Positions 1 to 8,577 of a stretch of DNA of 16,063 nt are shown here, piece after piece (position 1 is the first letter of the stretch; every line of letters starts with the position of its first letter). The stretch is from Candidatus Nanohaloarchaea archaeon (GTDB lineage Archaea > Nanohalarchaeota > Nanosalinia > Nanosalinales > Nanosalinaceae): assembly GCA_046497485.1 (NCBI GenBank), contig JAWOFP010000053.1, positions 1-16,063 on the forward strand, read 5' to 3'. The position numbers and the translations under genes were made by a program. The notes below the pieces were generated by a model that saw only the letters and a program-made list of their open reading frames with translations, had not been told where the DNA came from and made no database searches.

Positions 1-692
1 ATAAAAACGAAGTCACAGTCATTGATAGAGACAAAGAGGCCTTAGAGAAACTTGAGAAAGTCGAAAAGATTCATTTAGATATCACAGACAGGAAGAGAGT
101 TCGAGAAGAATTTTCAGGCCTAGAAGTAGATGCTCTAGTTAACTGCGCAGGAGTTCAGAAACAGGGCGCAGTAGAAGACATGAAAATCGAGGAGTTCGAA
201 GAACATATCTATCATAATTATATCGGAGTTATTAACACAGTTCAAGCCTGTCTACCCAAGCTAAGGGAATCGGAAGGAAAAATAGTGAATGTCTCCTCAA
301 TCGCAGGCCTGTCCTCAGCGCCGTTTTTATCCGGTTACTGCGCCTCAAAGCATGCAGTAGAAGGATTTACGGACTCGCTGAGAAGAGAATTAAAGGATAT
401 AGATGTGGTGCTTGTGGAGCCTGGACGAGTCAAGACCGGATTCAATGAAGAAGGCCGAGACAACTTAGCTAGTTATGAAAATTCTAATTACTCAGAAATC
501 TATGAAGAGAAACTTTCCGAAGAAGTCGGTGGAATGAGGCCTGAAAAAGCCGGTAGAAAACTGGCTTTCATTGCATTAAACGGCTCAAAGCCTCGGTACA
601 CCATCACAAATGAGGCCTGGATAATCTCCAAATTAGAGAAAATAGTTCCGGCTAGGTTAGTGGATTTCTTATTCAAAAGGTATTCTAGGTGA
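1..692 (+). CDS. Short-chain dehydrogenase/reductase (classical SDR), 5' end outside the window
   Basis: The frame of the 180..692 ORF is open back to base 3 (KNEVTVIDRDKEAL...LDITD...DALVNCAG), so ATG 180 is internal. NxAG motif, NVSS and catalytic YCASK are present. Confidence 0.92.
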   Translation, partial: KNEVTVIDRDKEALEKLEKVEKIHLDITDRKRVREEFSGLEVDALVNCAGVQKQGAVEDMKIEEFEEHIYHNYIGVINTVQACLPKLRESEGKIVNVSSIAGLSSAPFLSGYCASKHAVEGFTDSLRRELKDIDVVLVEPGRVKTGFNEEGRDNLASYENSNYSEIYEEKLSEEVGGMRPEKAGRKLAFIALNGSKPRYTITNEAWIISKLEKIVPARLVDFLFKRYSR

Positions 693-694
693 TT

Positions 695-1342
695 CTATCC
701 ATTTAGATCAGGTTTTATTTCTTCTAGAATTGGATCTCTGACAATTTCGTAGATCATTTTATGGCCCTCAGTATTTGGATGCAATCCATCGAAAAGCTTC
801 ACATCCCAGTTACTTTTCTTTAATTCATCAAACAGAGAAACAAATTTCACGTCTTTCTCTTCACAGGCCTCTCTTAGAATTTTGTCAAAGCCTTCGACCA
901 CTTCATTACGATAATACTCCTCCCTGTGACCCAGGCCTACAACCGATTCATCAACAGGATTCAAGCCTACAACAATCACTTGATCGACTACATTCCTTGA
1001 ATCGTCTATAATTTGTCTAATATTTTCACGATAATCGGCTCTTGAGACTTCAGTGTTTCCATTCTGATCAATTGTACAATCGTTCATTCCTATTGAAAAT
1101 ACTATAGTCCAGGCGTGATCTGAGCTATCTCTTGCCGCCTCTAATTCTGGCAAAACCCTGTTTTTCAGGCCTTCAGATGTCTCGCTGGAATTCGCCCTCA
1201 TATAAACTATGTTGTAATCTTGCCACGGCTCAGCCTCCTTAAGATGACGACTGTAGATATCCTGCTTGATTCTAGAGGCCCAACCACCTTTCTCATCCCA
1301 GAGACCTTGCATAATCGAGTCTCCAAAAAATATTAGATTCAT
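695..1342 (-). CDS. SGNH/GDSL-family hydrolase (lipase/esterase)
   Basis: Block I FGDS, block III GMND, block V DGLHP. Confidence 0.92.
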   Translation of the reverse strand: MNLIFFGDSIMQGLWDEKGGWASRIKQDIYSRHLKEAEPWQDYNIVYMRANSSETSEGLKNRVLPELEAARDSSDHAWTIVFSIGMNDCTIDQNGNTEVSRADYRENIRQIIDDSRNVVDQVIVVGLNPVDESVVGLGHREEYYRNEVVEGFDKILREACEEKDVKFVSLFDELKKSNWDVKLFDGLHPNTEGHKMIYEIVRDPILEEIKPDLNG

Positions 1343-1395
1343 AGAAAAGTTTACTCACTGGGAGTCTTTTCACATTTACTGACTAATTGTTGTTT

Positions 1396-2205
1396 ATGAA
1401 TAATTCAATTCTAATAACGGGAGCAAGCGGAACAGTTGCAAAGGCCTCAGCAAGGGAATTGAAAGATCACGGCTTTACTGTGATAGGTGTAAGTAGAAGT
1501 GTAGAAAACGATGCTGAAGAGTATACCAGGACTGAAAGACTAGATCTATTAGAAAGCGGGGATCTAGAACAGCTCGAAGATTTAATGGAGGAAGTTGACG
1601 CGGTTTTCCATCTTGCCTGGAATTTAACTGTAGAAAACTTTGATACTGGAGAGAAATGGCCTGAGAATATTGAAATGTTTGAAAATGTAGTTAATGCCGC
1701 GAAAAACAGTGATGTAGATATCTTAATTAACGGTTCTTCTATCCATGCAGGAACAGGAGATATATCTGCTTATACTGTAGAAGCCTCACTTGAAGATACT
1801 CCCGAGCCTTACAGAAGCAGTATCGATCCAGAAAGCGAATTCGATCTTAGAAAAGAGGATCCGGAAAAATTATTAGATCCTCGTGAAGATAATCCCGACA
1901 GTCCTTACGGAGAATCTAAAATTGAGACCGAGAAAAAGCTGCGGAAAGCTGTTGAAAAAAACGATTTCAAGCTAGGGATAAGCATTAGAATCGGAGGGAT
2001 AAATTCTGAAGATAAGACAGAATTAGATGGAGAGCCATTCTACAGTAGCCTCTACTGGAGTCATAGAGACATTGGGAGAACTCTGAAGAACATCCTAGAA
2101 AGCGATCTAAATGAGAAAAAAGGCTATCACCAGTTTTACGGAGTCTCCGACAACAAAGGAAGAATTTTCAATATTGAAAACAGCTTCACGAGCCCCAAAC
2201 AGTAG
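1396..2205 (+). CDS. NAD(P)-dependent epimerase/dehydratase family oxidoreductase (extended SDR, sugar dehydrogenase-like)
   Basis: ITGASGTVA Rossmann motif, DAVFHLA, SSIHA, YGESK (YxxxK), SIRIG and FYGVSDN. ATG 1396 preferred over TTG 1387. Confidence 0.88.
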   Translation: MNNSILITGASGTVAKASARELKDHGFTVIGVSRSVENDAEEYTRTERLDLLESGDLEQLEDLMEEVDAVFHLAWNLTVENFDTGEKWPENIEMFENVVNAAKNSDVDILINGSSIHAGTGDISAYTVEASLEDTPEPYRSSIDPESEFDLRKEDPEKLLDPREDNPDSPYGESKIETEKKLRKAVEKNDFKLGISIRIGGINSEDKTELDGEPFYSSLYWSHRDIGRTLKNILESDLNEKKGYHQFYGVSDNKGRIFNIENSFTSPKQ

Positions 2206-2275
2206 AAAGAATGAGTTGCGGGAGCGACGCAGAAGTCCTGAGCTTCGTTCTTTTGGTTTGCTTAAATCTTTAAGC
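2206..2275. other. Intergenic double stem-loop (possible terminator, structured RNA or repeat element)
   Basis: AAAGAATGAGTT-g-CGGGA (2206-2223) can pair with TCCTG-AGCT-TCGTTCTTT (2236-2253) allowing G-U pairs and bulges. It is followed by the perfect inverted repeat GCTTAAA-TC-TTTAAGC (2260-2275). Confidence 0.45.
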
Positions 2276-2422
2276 GCGTCATATCTTCTGTAAACTACTA
2301 TTAGTCCTTAACTTTTAATAGGCCTTTGATTATTTCAATATTGATCATAAATCAATGTTAATTATAGAGAGTTTTTTGGGACTATGAAAGGATTTTTGTA
2401 GTTCTCCCGTTCAATTTCATGT

Positions 2423-2776
2423 ATGGGTGACAGCGAATTTTTCAGTAAAATAGTTCTGGATGAAGACGTACCTATACAGATAGGCTATAAATTAGAAGGA
2501 AGAAGTATCGAGGTTTTGAGTCATAAGAGTAGCGCTTCAGATAATGAGGTGCTGCGTTTTGCTGCAGAAAATGGAGCTCCGTTACTAACTAAGGACGAGG
2601 ACTTTAGAGAACGAGATGAAGAATTAGATCATTTTGGTATCTTGATTGATAACCAGATGCACCTGCGTGACTGGAACTTAGTAGCAGATACAATCACGGC
2701 AATGTTGAAGAACATTCCAAAAGAAGATTTACGGGACAATATTTGGAGAGTGTCAGATTATTACGGCGTTTTCTAG
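2423..2776 (+). CDS. DUF5615 family PIN-like protein (VapC45-type putative toxin)
   Basis: VLDEDVP, SDNEVLRFAAENG and LLTKDEDF match the Mut7-C/DUF5615 PIN pattern. Adjacent to a DUF433 gene. Confidence 0.85.
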   Translation: MGDSEFFSKIVLDEDVPIQIGYKLEGRSIEVLSHKSSASDNEVLRFAAENGAPLLTKDEDFRERDEELDHFGILIDNQMHLRDWNLVADTITAMLKNIPKEDLRDNIWRVSDYYGVF

Positions 2777-2991
2777 GCTATAGCAGGTGTTTCGCCATCC
2801 TCTCGCTTATTTATATATTCTACTGCCTCCTTCACGTCTTCAACAGTAATACTTTGATACTGTTCAGCTATCTCTTCAAAAGTCATGCATCTAACTGTAT
2901 AGAGGTCGTACAGAGTCTTTGCTCCTATTCTTGTACCTTCAACTCTCGGCTTACCATGAAGAGTATCCTCTGTTTTCACAATACTAACCAT
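2773..2991 (-). CDS. DUF433 domain protein (VapB45-type putative antitoxin)
   Basis: HGKPRVEGTRI...EEIAEQY..IT.EDVKEAVEY is the DUF433 signature. GAGGT RBS lies upstream of ATG 2991. Confidence 0.92.
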   Translation of the reverse strand: MVSIVKTEDTLHGKPRVEGTRIGAKTLYDLYTVRCMTFEEIAEQYQSITVEDVKEAVEYINKREDGETPAIA

Positions 2992-3122
2992 GGTAAAATT
3001 ACCTCTCTAAATTGTTTTATCAGTTTTGGTTAAGAAATGTTTAGTATAGGAGTCTAGCTTCATCCTAAACCCTCACTTCTTCGTCCATCTCTTTCCAGCC
3101 AATTCTTTGAATTGAGGTATTT

Positions 3123-3740
3123 TCATTTTGGACGACCCACGTAACACTCTATTTCCTGCGAATCATCAGCTAAAATTTTGGCTATTGCCCTGTGATTTCC
3201 ATCATTAATCATTCCCCATGTATCCTCTATATCCCAGTTCCTTTCTCCGTGAACCTCTTTCATCCTATCCAGCTTTTCAGGCCTGTTCCCAGGAGTAACG
3301 ACCCAGGGATAAAATTGATTCAAAACTTCAGGTACCTGCTTCAAATTATGGATATATCTCACACTCTGGGACTCTTCAGGATCTGCATTTTTCACCCATT
3401 CAACGACTTCCAGAAGCGTGCCTGTGATTACTTCTGGAGGCAGATCTCCAGCACGAGGCAGAGTCGTGCCTAAATCCTCTACTTTTACCTTTCTTTTCTT
3501 CCAGGAACATTCCTCGAATATTTTAGATCTGTAGTCAGGATTATTATCTAACTCCTGTAAAAGCTGTTTCTTTTCACCAAGACTGTGATCCTTCTCCCGA
3601 TACTCCTGCCTGATCTTTTCAATGACTTCTTCTATCAAATTTTCTCCGCTGTCCGAGGCCTCAGAAATCTTTCTCTGAAGGCCTTCTTGTTTGCAGATCT
3701 CCCATATAAGATAGTTATCGATAACTTTTTGATCGTTCAT
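3123..3740 (-). CDS. Hypothetical protein with C-terminal ParB/sulfiredoxin-like DGNHR motif
   Basis: 205-aa acidic ORF ending MINDGNHRAIAKILADDSQEIECYV, resembling the ParB/Srx DGxHR core. Confidence 0.6.
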   Translation of the reverse strand: MNDQKVIDNYLIWEICKQEGLQRKISEASDSGENLIEEVIEKIRQEYREKDHSLGEKKQLLQELDNNPDYRSKIFEECSWKKRKVKVEDLGTTLPRAGDLPPEVITGTLLEVVEWVKNADPEESQSVRYIHNLKQVPEVLNQFYPWVVTPGNRPEKLDRMKEVHGERNWDIEDTWGMINDGNHRAIAKILADDSQEIECYVGRPK

Positions 3741-3797
3741 AGTAAAGAAGTTATAGGGCGTGAATTATAGGCTTAATCTTCTAACCTCCAACAGAAT

Positions 3798-4505
3798 TCA
3801 GTAACCTGAATTAAAGCCCCTTGTTTCTGAATCCTGCGTGTAGACCTTCTCAACAACATTTTTGGCTTCCTCGGCCACCCTGTCCATATCTATAACACTA
3901 TTGACTTCACTCTGGTCGTAGCCGGATAGTTCGACAAAATTTCTATACTCTTCTTCGCCTACCTGTTCGCTGGGAAACTCATCAGTTTTCATCCATCTGT
4001 CTATTTGATGTTCGAAAGCCAAAAGGTCTGGAAGAAGATTTTCTTGGTACAATATTTTGACATCTTCATAAAGTTCTCGGAATCCGAATACATCTATTTC
4101 TTCACCTTCTGGGATCCTGTTTTCCCATAGCTCTCTTCTTTCTTCTTCGGATGTGTCTCTGCTCATCAGTCTTTCAAAATCCTCTAATCCATACTGTATT
4201 TCTTCAAAGGCTCTCGCAAGATCATGTTTTTCCTTATATGCTCGGGCAAAGTCTTGTTCATAGACATTCAATGGAGGATTTTCTACTGGATCTGTGGGGT
4301 GAATTCCGTCTAGTTCTCTCGATAGATGAGAGCTTATCTCGTCCATTCTCCGGAATCCTGTTCCTCCAAAGTAAATCATTAAGGCTCCTAATTCTTCCAA
4401 AGAGCGAACATGATCGTCCTGCTCTACAACTTTTTCTCCTACCATTTTAGGGTCTGTTTCGTTCTCGACCTGTTCTATAACTTCTCTCTGTTTTTCCAAT
4501 TTCAT
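3798..4505 (-). CDS. Hypothetical acidic protein
   Basis: Long, very E/D-rich ORF with no motif recognised. ATG 4505 (MKLEKQ) preferred over the track start at 4550, which would leave only 9 bp to the divergent gene. Confidence 0.7.
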   Translation of the reverse strand: MKLEKQREVIEQVENETDPKMVGEKVVEQDDHVRSLEELGALMIYFGGTGFRRMDEISSHLSRELDGIHPTDPVENPPLNVYEQDFARAYKEKHDLARAFEEIQYGLEDFERLMSRDTSEEERRELWENRIPEGEEIDVFGFRELYEDVKILYQENLLPDLLAFEHQIDRWMKTDEFPSEQVGEEEYRNFVELSGYDQSEVNSVIDMDRVAEEAKNVVEKVYTQDSETRGFNSGY

Positions 4506-4559
4506 GTCAATTAGAACCAGGCCAAAAGTTTTATTACTTACTGATGACAATTAAATTAT

Positions 4560-5183
4560 ATGTCTCGTAATCTGATAATCCCTGAACAAGAGCTGGATGA
4601 ACTAATAGAACTGCCATACCAAGAGAATGAGATACAGTTTGCTTTAGTTTACCCAGAACAGGATGCTACAGGACTACCTTCAGATCAGATAGGGGTCTGC
4701 GGGGGAATTGTTCTTGCAGAAGGAAGCCCAGCTGAGGTAGGAAGGAGTCATACTGCAGAAGGACTGTTAAGAGACTTATCAGGAAGAACAGAAGATACAG
4801 ACTTTGAATACCTACTAGGACATACGCACAGTGAGAAAACGGTAGAAAATCATGGTGTCCAATACGCAGATGGTTTCTCTTCAGGCGATTTAAAATCTAT
4901 CGATAAAGAAGCTCGGAGAAGAGGTGAACCAGGATATTTTGAAGTTTTAGTTACTCCTGGCAGACCTGTTCAAATGACTGATGGAACTACAGGTTTTGAT
5001 CCAGACAACTGGAACATAATGGCTTCACACGACGATGTAGATATTTACAGAGGCAACTGGTCGGATGAAAACCCGCCAGAGTCAAATATGTCGTCAAAGG
5101 CCTTCCTACAATACAACAAGGAAATGAGAGAAGAGCTTGACGAATTAGCGGACACATACGATGTTGAGTTTTTAACTCGGTAA
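4560..5183 (+). CDS. Putative JAB/MPN (JAMM-motif) metalloprotein
   Basis: N-terminal E followed by a hydrophobic strand (NEIQFALV), then GHTHS and FSSGD, i.e. E...HxH...SxxD. Confidence 0.6.
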   Translation: MSRNLIIPEQELDELIELPYQENEIQFALVYPEQDATGLPSDQIGVCGGIVLAEGSPAEVGRSHTAEGLLRDLSGRTEDTDFEYLLGHTHSEKTVENHGVQYADGFSSGDLKSIDKEARRRGEPGYFEVLVTPGRPVQMTDGTTGFDPDNWNIMASHDDVDIYRGNWSDENPPESNMSSKAFLQYNKEMREELDELADTYDVEFLTR

Positions 5184-5278
5184 TATACTTCCTACTAATA
5201 AATTAATTCTATCCAATCAGAACTTAATGCCGAAGAATTACCAATTATTAGATTGTTTCAAATGCTATTGAGTATAAA

Positions 5279-5962
5279 TTAACACTGACGTTTCAGCAGC
5301 GGTGATTTGAAATTCACTCCTTTTTCGAGCATATGGTTTATGACTGGTTTGAACATTTCTCTGGATTCTTCATGGTCATGTATTAGTATGATGTCATTAG
5401 AAGCACTACAATTTATGCCCTGCATTTCTTCAGGATTATCTTTCTCAATTCTCTCCAGAATAGCTTCCAGGCCATCTATTTCGTATTCCTTACAGTCGAA
5501 AGTCCAAAACCAGTCTACTCTGTTCCGAAGTCCTTGTTCCTCATACCAATCGTAAGTTATACCATCAAAATTTGGTTTGGTGTAATCAAGTTCACTGAGA
5601 AAACTCTGGAATTTAGAGGTAAGCCTCCCGCCAGCATCTCCATAAGGAAATCGAAATATCTTTGCAGGTCTTTCCTTATCTGCCTTCTCATAGACGTCTT
5701 CGATCAATTCATCCGTTTTCTTTATTTCCTGCTTCCCCTCTGAAAGAGATAGCTGAGAGAAATTTGGATGAGTATATGAGTGATTGCCTATTACAAATCC
5801 GTTCTTGATAGCTTTGATGACTATTTCAGTTCTTTGCTTGATGTATCTGCCTTCACAGAAAAATATCGCAGGTATTTCTTTTTCCTTTAGAAATTCTATC
5901 TTCTCCTCCATAAACGGTGAAGGCGCATCATCTACGGTAAGATATGCTATTTTACCCTTCAT
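5279..5962 (-). CDS. Polysaccharide deacetylase (NodB homology, CE4)
   Basis: LTVDDAP, GNHSYTHP, FRFPYG and LIHD motifs. ATG 5962 lies 2 bp after the upstream stop, suggesting coupling. Confidence 0.92.
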   Translation of the reverse strand: MKGKIAYLTVDDAPSPFMEEKIEFLKEKEIPAIFFCEGRYIKQRTEIVIKAIKNGFVIGNHSYTHPNFSQLSLSEGKQEIKKTDELIEDVYEKADKERPAKIFRFPYGDAGGRLTSKFQSFLSELDYTKPNFDGITYDWYEEQGLRNRVDWFWTFDCKEYEIDGLEAILERIEKDNPEEMQGINCSASNDIILIHDHEESREMFKPVINHMLEKGVNFKSPLLKRQC

Positions 5963-5964
5963 CT

Positions 5965-6438
5965 TCAATCCCACTCTACTGGTTCATATGCTTCTGGATA
6001 AAGTTCTAGGATCTGGAATTTCTGGATTTGAGGGAATAGTTTCCACTCTCCGCCTTCTTTTCTAACGAAATTACTAATTATGACCGTTGTTTCTTCATCT
6101 CCAAACTCGTTTATTGCATGTCTACAGGCTCCACAGGGCATAGTTCCTTTATGATCTTTGTCTGGTACTGGGCCTGCTACCAGAACTGCTTCTATCTTTG
6201 AGTTTTCGGTTTCTTCATATTGGAGCTGGTTGATGGCGTGTCTCTCAGCACAGAAGTTAAAACTCGGCTGACTCGACTCGAACGGTTTACCCTCATAGAT
6301 CTCTCCGCTTTCAGAGAGAACGAAAGCGTATAGAACATCATATAGACCTTCTTCCCATCTGCTCTCGGCGTGGTTCAATATCCTTTCTCTCGCTGTATCA
6401 ACAAGTTCTTCTTCAGATTCAGTGAGTTCTTCAGTCAT
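5965..6438 (-). CDS. cdd: Cytidine deaminase family protein (three-Cys zinc type)
   Basis: FCAERHA and PCGACR zinc motifs. ATG 6438 (MTEE) is preceded by a GAGGT RBS. Confidence 0.85.
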   Translation of the reverse strand: MTEELTESEEELVDTARERILNHAESRWEEGLYDVLYAFVLSESGEIYEGKPFESSQPSFNFCAERHAINQLQYEETENSKIEAVLVAGPVPDKDHKGTMPCGACRHAINEFGDEETTVIISNFVRKEGGEWKLFPQIQKFQILELYPEAYEPVEWD

Positions 6439-6486
6439 TTTTCTATTACCTCTATCAAAGTAATTAAACACAGATTATTCTAAAAC

Positions 6487-7494
6487 ATGGGTATGAGGCA
6501 AGTAGCTGAAAAAGACATTACAAAAGCAATCAACCAACTTGAGTCGGAAAGTCAAATAATAGAGATAGAAGATATCTCAGGACACAATAACAGAATCTTC
6601 AAAGTCAGACTAAAAGATAGAACAGTTATCTGCAAGTTCTGCACGGGAGAAAACAGCAAACAGGACTGCCGAAAAGAAGTAAATATGCACCAACTCCTCA
6701 AAACCAAGACAAATGTTAAAACGCCTGAAATCCTTTACAGCGACCCCTCAGCAAACAAAACAGAGTTCCCATTCTTCATAACTGAATATATCGAAGGAGA
6801 AAGCCTTCAGGATAGCTTCCCAGAACTGAAAGCAAGAGAACAGATAGAAGTTGTGGAACAGGCAGTTCATATACTCGGAGAAGTTCACTCAAAAATCTCT
6901 TTTGAATATGCTGGAGAACTAATACCTGAAAACAAAGACATTATAGTTGACGGAAAATTCACCTGGATTGAATACTTGAAAGAGGAATTGAATCAAGCCA
7001 TAGAGAAAGCAGGCGATACCAGGTTCAGTGACGTGACAGAGAAATCAGAAGACTTTGTTAACAAGCTTTCCGAACTAGATGAACCAGAAAAGACACTTGT
7101 TTTCTACGACTTCCGACCAGATAATGTAATCGCCATGGATGGTAGAATCGAGGCTTTGATTGATTTTGAGAGAGCCTGGTCAGGTGACCCGTTGTGGGAC
7201 TATGCATACAGCGAAATGAGCTTCGTCGAACCACACCGCTACTACGATATGCACGAACCACCAAACGCAGACGAAGAAGAACTCCGAAAAGCCTTCCAAG
7301 AAGGTTATGAAACCCAAAGAGAATTGGAAGAAAACTGGCGGCAAAAAGTAGAGCTTTACAAACTATGTATAATCATCAAAAGATTCAACAGCTTCGAAGA
7401 CTGGACAGAAAGTACAGAAATGACCGAAGAAGAAATAAAACGGCAAGAAAACCTGCTGCGGACCCATCACAACAGACTCTACAAAGATGTGTAA
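6487..7494 (+). CDS. Aminoglycoside phosphotransferase (APH/choline kinase) family protein
   Basis: ICK/KE N-lobe, PEIL, ITEYIEG, DFRPDNV catalytic loop, LIDFE and GDPLWD. Confidence 0.88.
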   Translation: MGMRQVAEKDITKAINQLESESQIIEIEDISGHNNRIFKVRLKDRTVICKFCTGENSKQDCRKEVNMHQLLKTKTNVKTPEILYSDPSANKTEFPFFITEYIEGESLQDSFPELKAREQIEVVEQAVHILGEVHSKISFEYAGELIPENKDIIVDGKFTWIEYLKEELNQAIEKAGDTRFSDVTEKSEDFVNKLSELDEPEKTLVFYDFRPDNVIAMDGRIEALIDFERAWSGDPLWDYAYSEMSFVEPHRYYDMHEPPNADEEELRKAFQEGYETQRELEENWRQKVELYKLCIIIKRFNSFEDWTESTEMTEEEIKRQENLLRTHHNRLYKDV

Positions 7495-7578
7495 GGTAAC
7501 AATTAAAATTAAATCCTGCTAATCAACATTCTTTATCAGTCTATCAAATATAATAAAAAGGCTCAATAATACTATTGC

Positions 7579-8415
7579 ATGGGCATCGAGCCGGAAAACT
7601 ACTACAATGACTTAGGACATGAGGAATGGGATAGGTCCGAAGATCTTTTTGTCCACTCCATAGAACACGAAAACACATATCCATATCTAGAGGAACATCT
7701 TCCTGAAGAAGGCCACATCCTTGATGCCGGAGGCGCAGCAGGAAGATACACAGTCTGGCTAGCAGAAAAGGGCTACAAAGTTACACTTGTCGATATCAGC
7801 GAGGAGCAGTTGAAGATAGCTGAACAAAAACTGAAGGAGAGAGGCCTACTCGATCAGGTAGATATCCAGAAAGGAGATATACGAGACCTAGACTTTAGAG
7901 AGGAGAAGTTTGATGCAGTTCTCTGCCTTGGAGGCCCACTATCACACGTCATAGACGATGAAGAAAGAGATACAGCAGCCAACGAACTAATCAGAGTCAC
8001 CAAAAAAGAACATCCAGTATTCGTTTCAGTAATGGGCTTCTACGGCTGCCTGATGATTCATGTCTTGAATGAATGGAGCTTTATTTGGGAAATAGAAGAT
8101 TTCAATGAGCGCCAAAAATACGATGAAAAGCATAGAGAGAAGGCTGGTGAAGATGATCCTGGATTTGCCAACACCTATTTCTTCAAATCACATCAACTTG
8201 AGAACGTACTCCAAAGGAATGGATTAGAAGTAGGCAAAATGATAGGCCTGGAAAACGTCGTCAGCGTAATGGAAGCCATGGAGGAGGACGGAGAAATCGA
8301 TATCAGCGGAGAATACAAAGAAAGACTCAGAACCACAGCAAGAATTCTTAGGGATGAAGAGGCCTCACCAGACCTATCCAACCACATACTCGCAGTAGGT
8401 TGGAAAAAGTACTAG
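7579..8415 (+). CDS. Class I SAM-dependent methyltransferase
   Basis: ILDAGGAAGRY, LVDIS, GDIRDL and FDAVLCLGGPLSH. Confidence 0.92.
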   Translation: MGIEPENYYNDLGHEEWDRSEDLFVHSIEHENTYPYLEEHLPEEGHILDAGGAAGRYTVWLAEKGYKVTLVDISEEQLKIAEQKLKERGLLDQVDIQKGDIRDLDFREEKFDAVLCLGGPLSHVIDDEERDTAANELIRVTKKEHPVFVSVMGFYGCLMIHVLNEWSFIWEIEDFNERQKYDEKHREKAGEDDPGFANTYFFKSHQLENVLQRNGLEVGKMIGLENVVSVMEAMEEDGEIDISGEYKERLRTTARILRDEEASPDLSNHILAVGWKKY

Positions 8416-8577
8416 TATGTAAAATTCTTCAGAATTAGCAGCCTTCTTTGCCTTTCTGGCAAAAATACCTTTTCAGAATATTTCAATACCGATCTCAGGT
8501 TAAAAAGTTAAGCTTGCGTCACATGCCCTGGAATTTCCTTCATGAAATTTTTGATTCTAAAATAATTAAGGCCTCTT

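Noticed and set aside
775..1011. Short antisense or overlapping ORFs in the track (775, 2111, 2743, 3192, 3585, 4151, 5307, 5534, 5784, 7058, 8193, 10618, 10806, 11401, 11733, 14011, 14237)
   Set aside because: They overlap well-supported genes, lack the acidic composition and show no motifs, so they are shadow ORFs.
4560..5183. JAB protein acting as a Mec-like peptidase for the cysteine synthase operon
   Set aside because: It lies 3.4 kb away in a compositionally distinct block, and no ThiS/MoaD-like carrier gene is visible.
8416..8577. Small ORFs or structure in the convergent gap after the operon
   Set aside because: Only very short ORFs and weak AT-rich palindromes, consistent with a terminator region.
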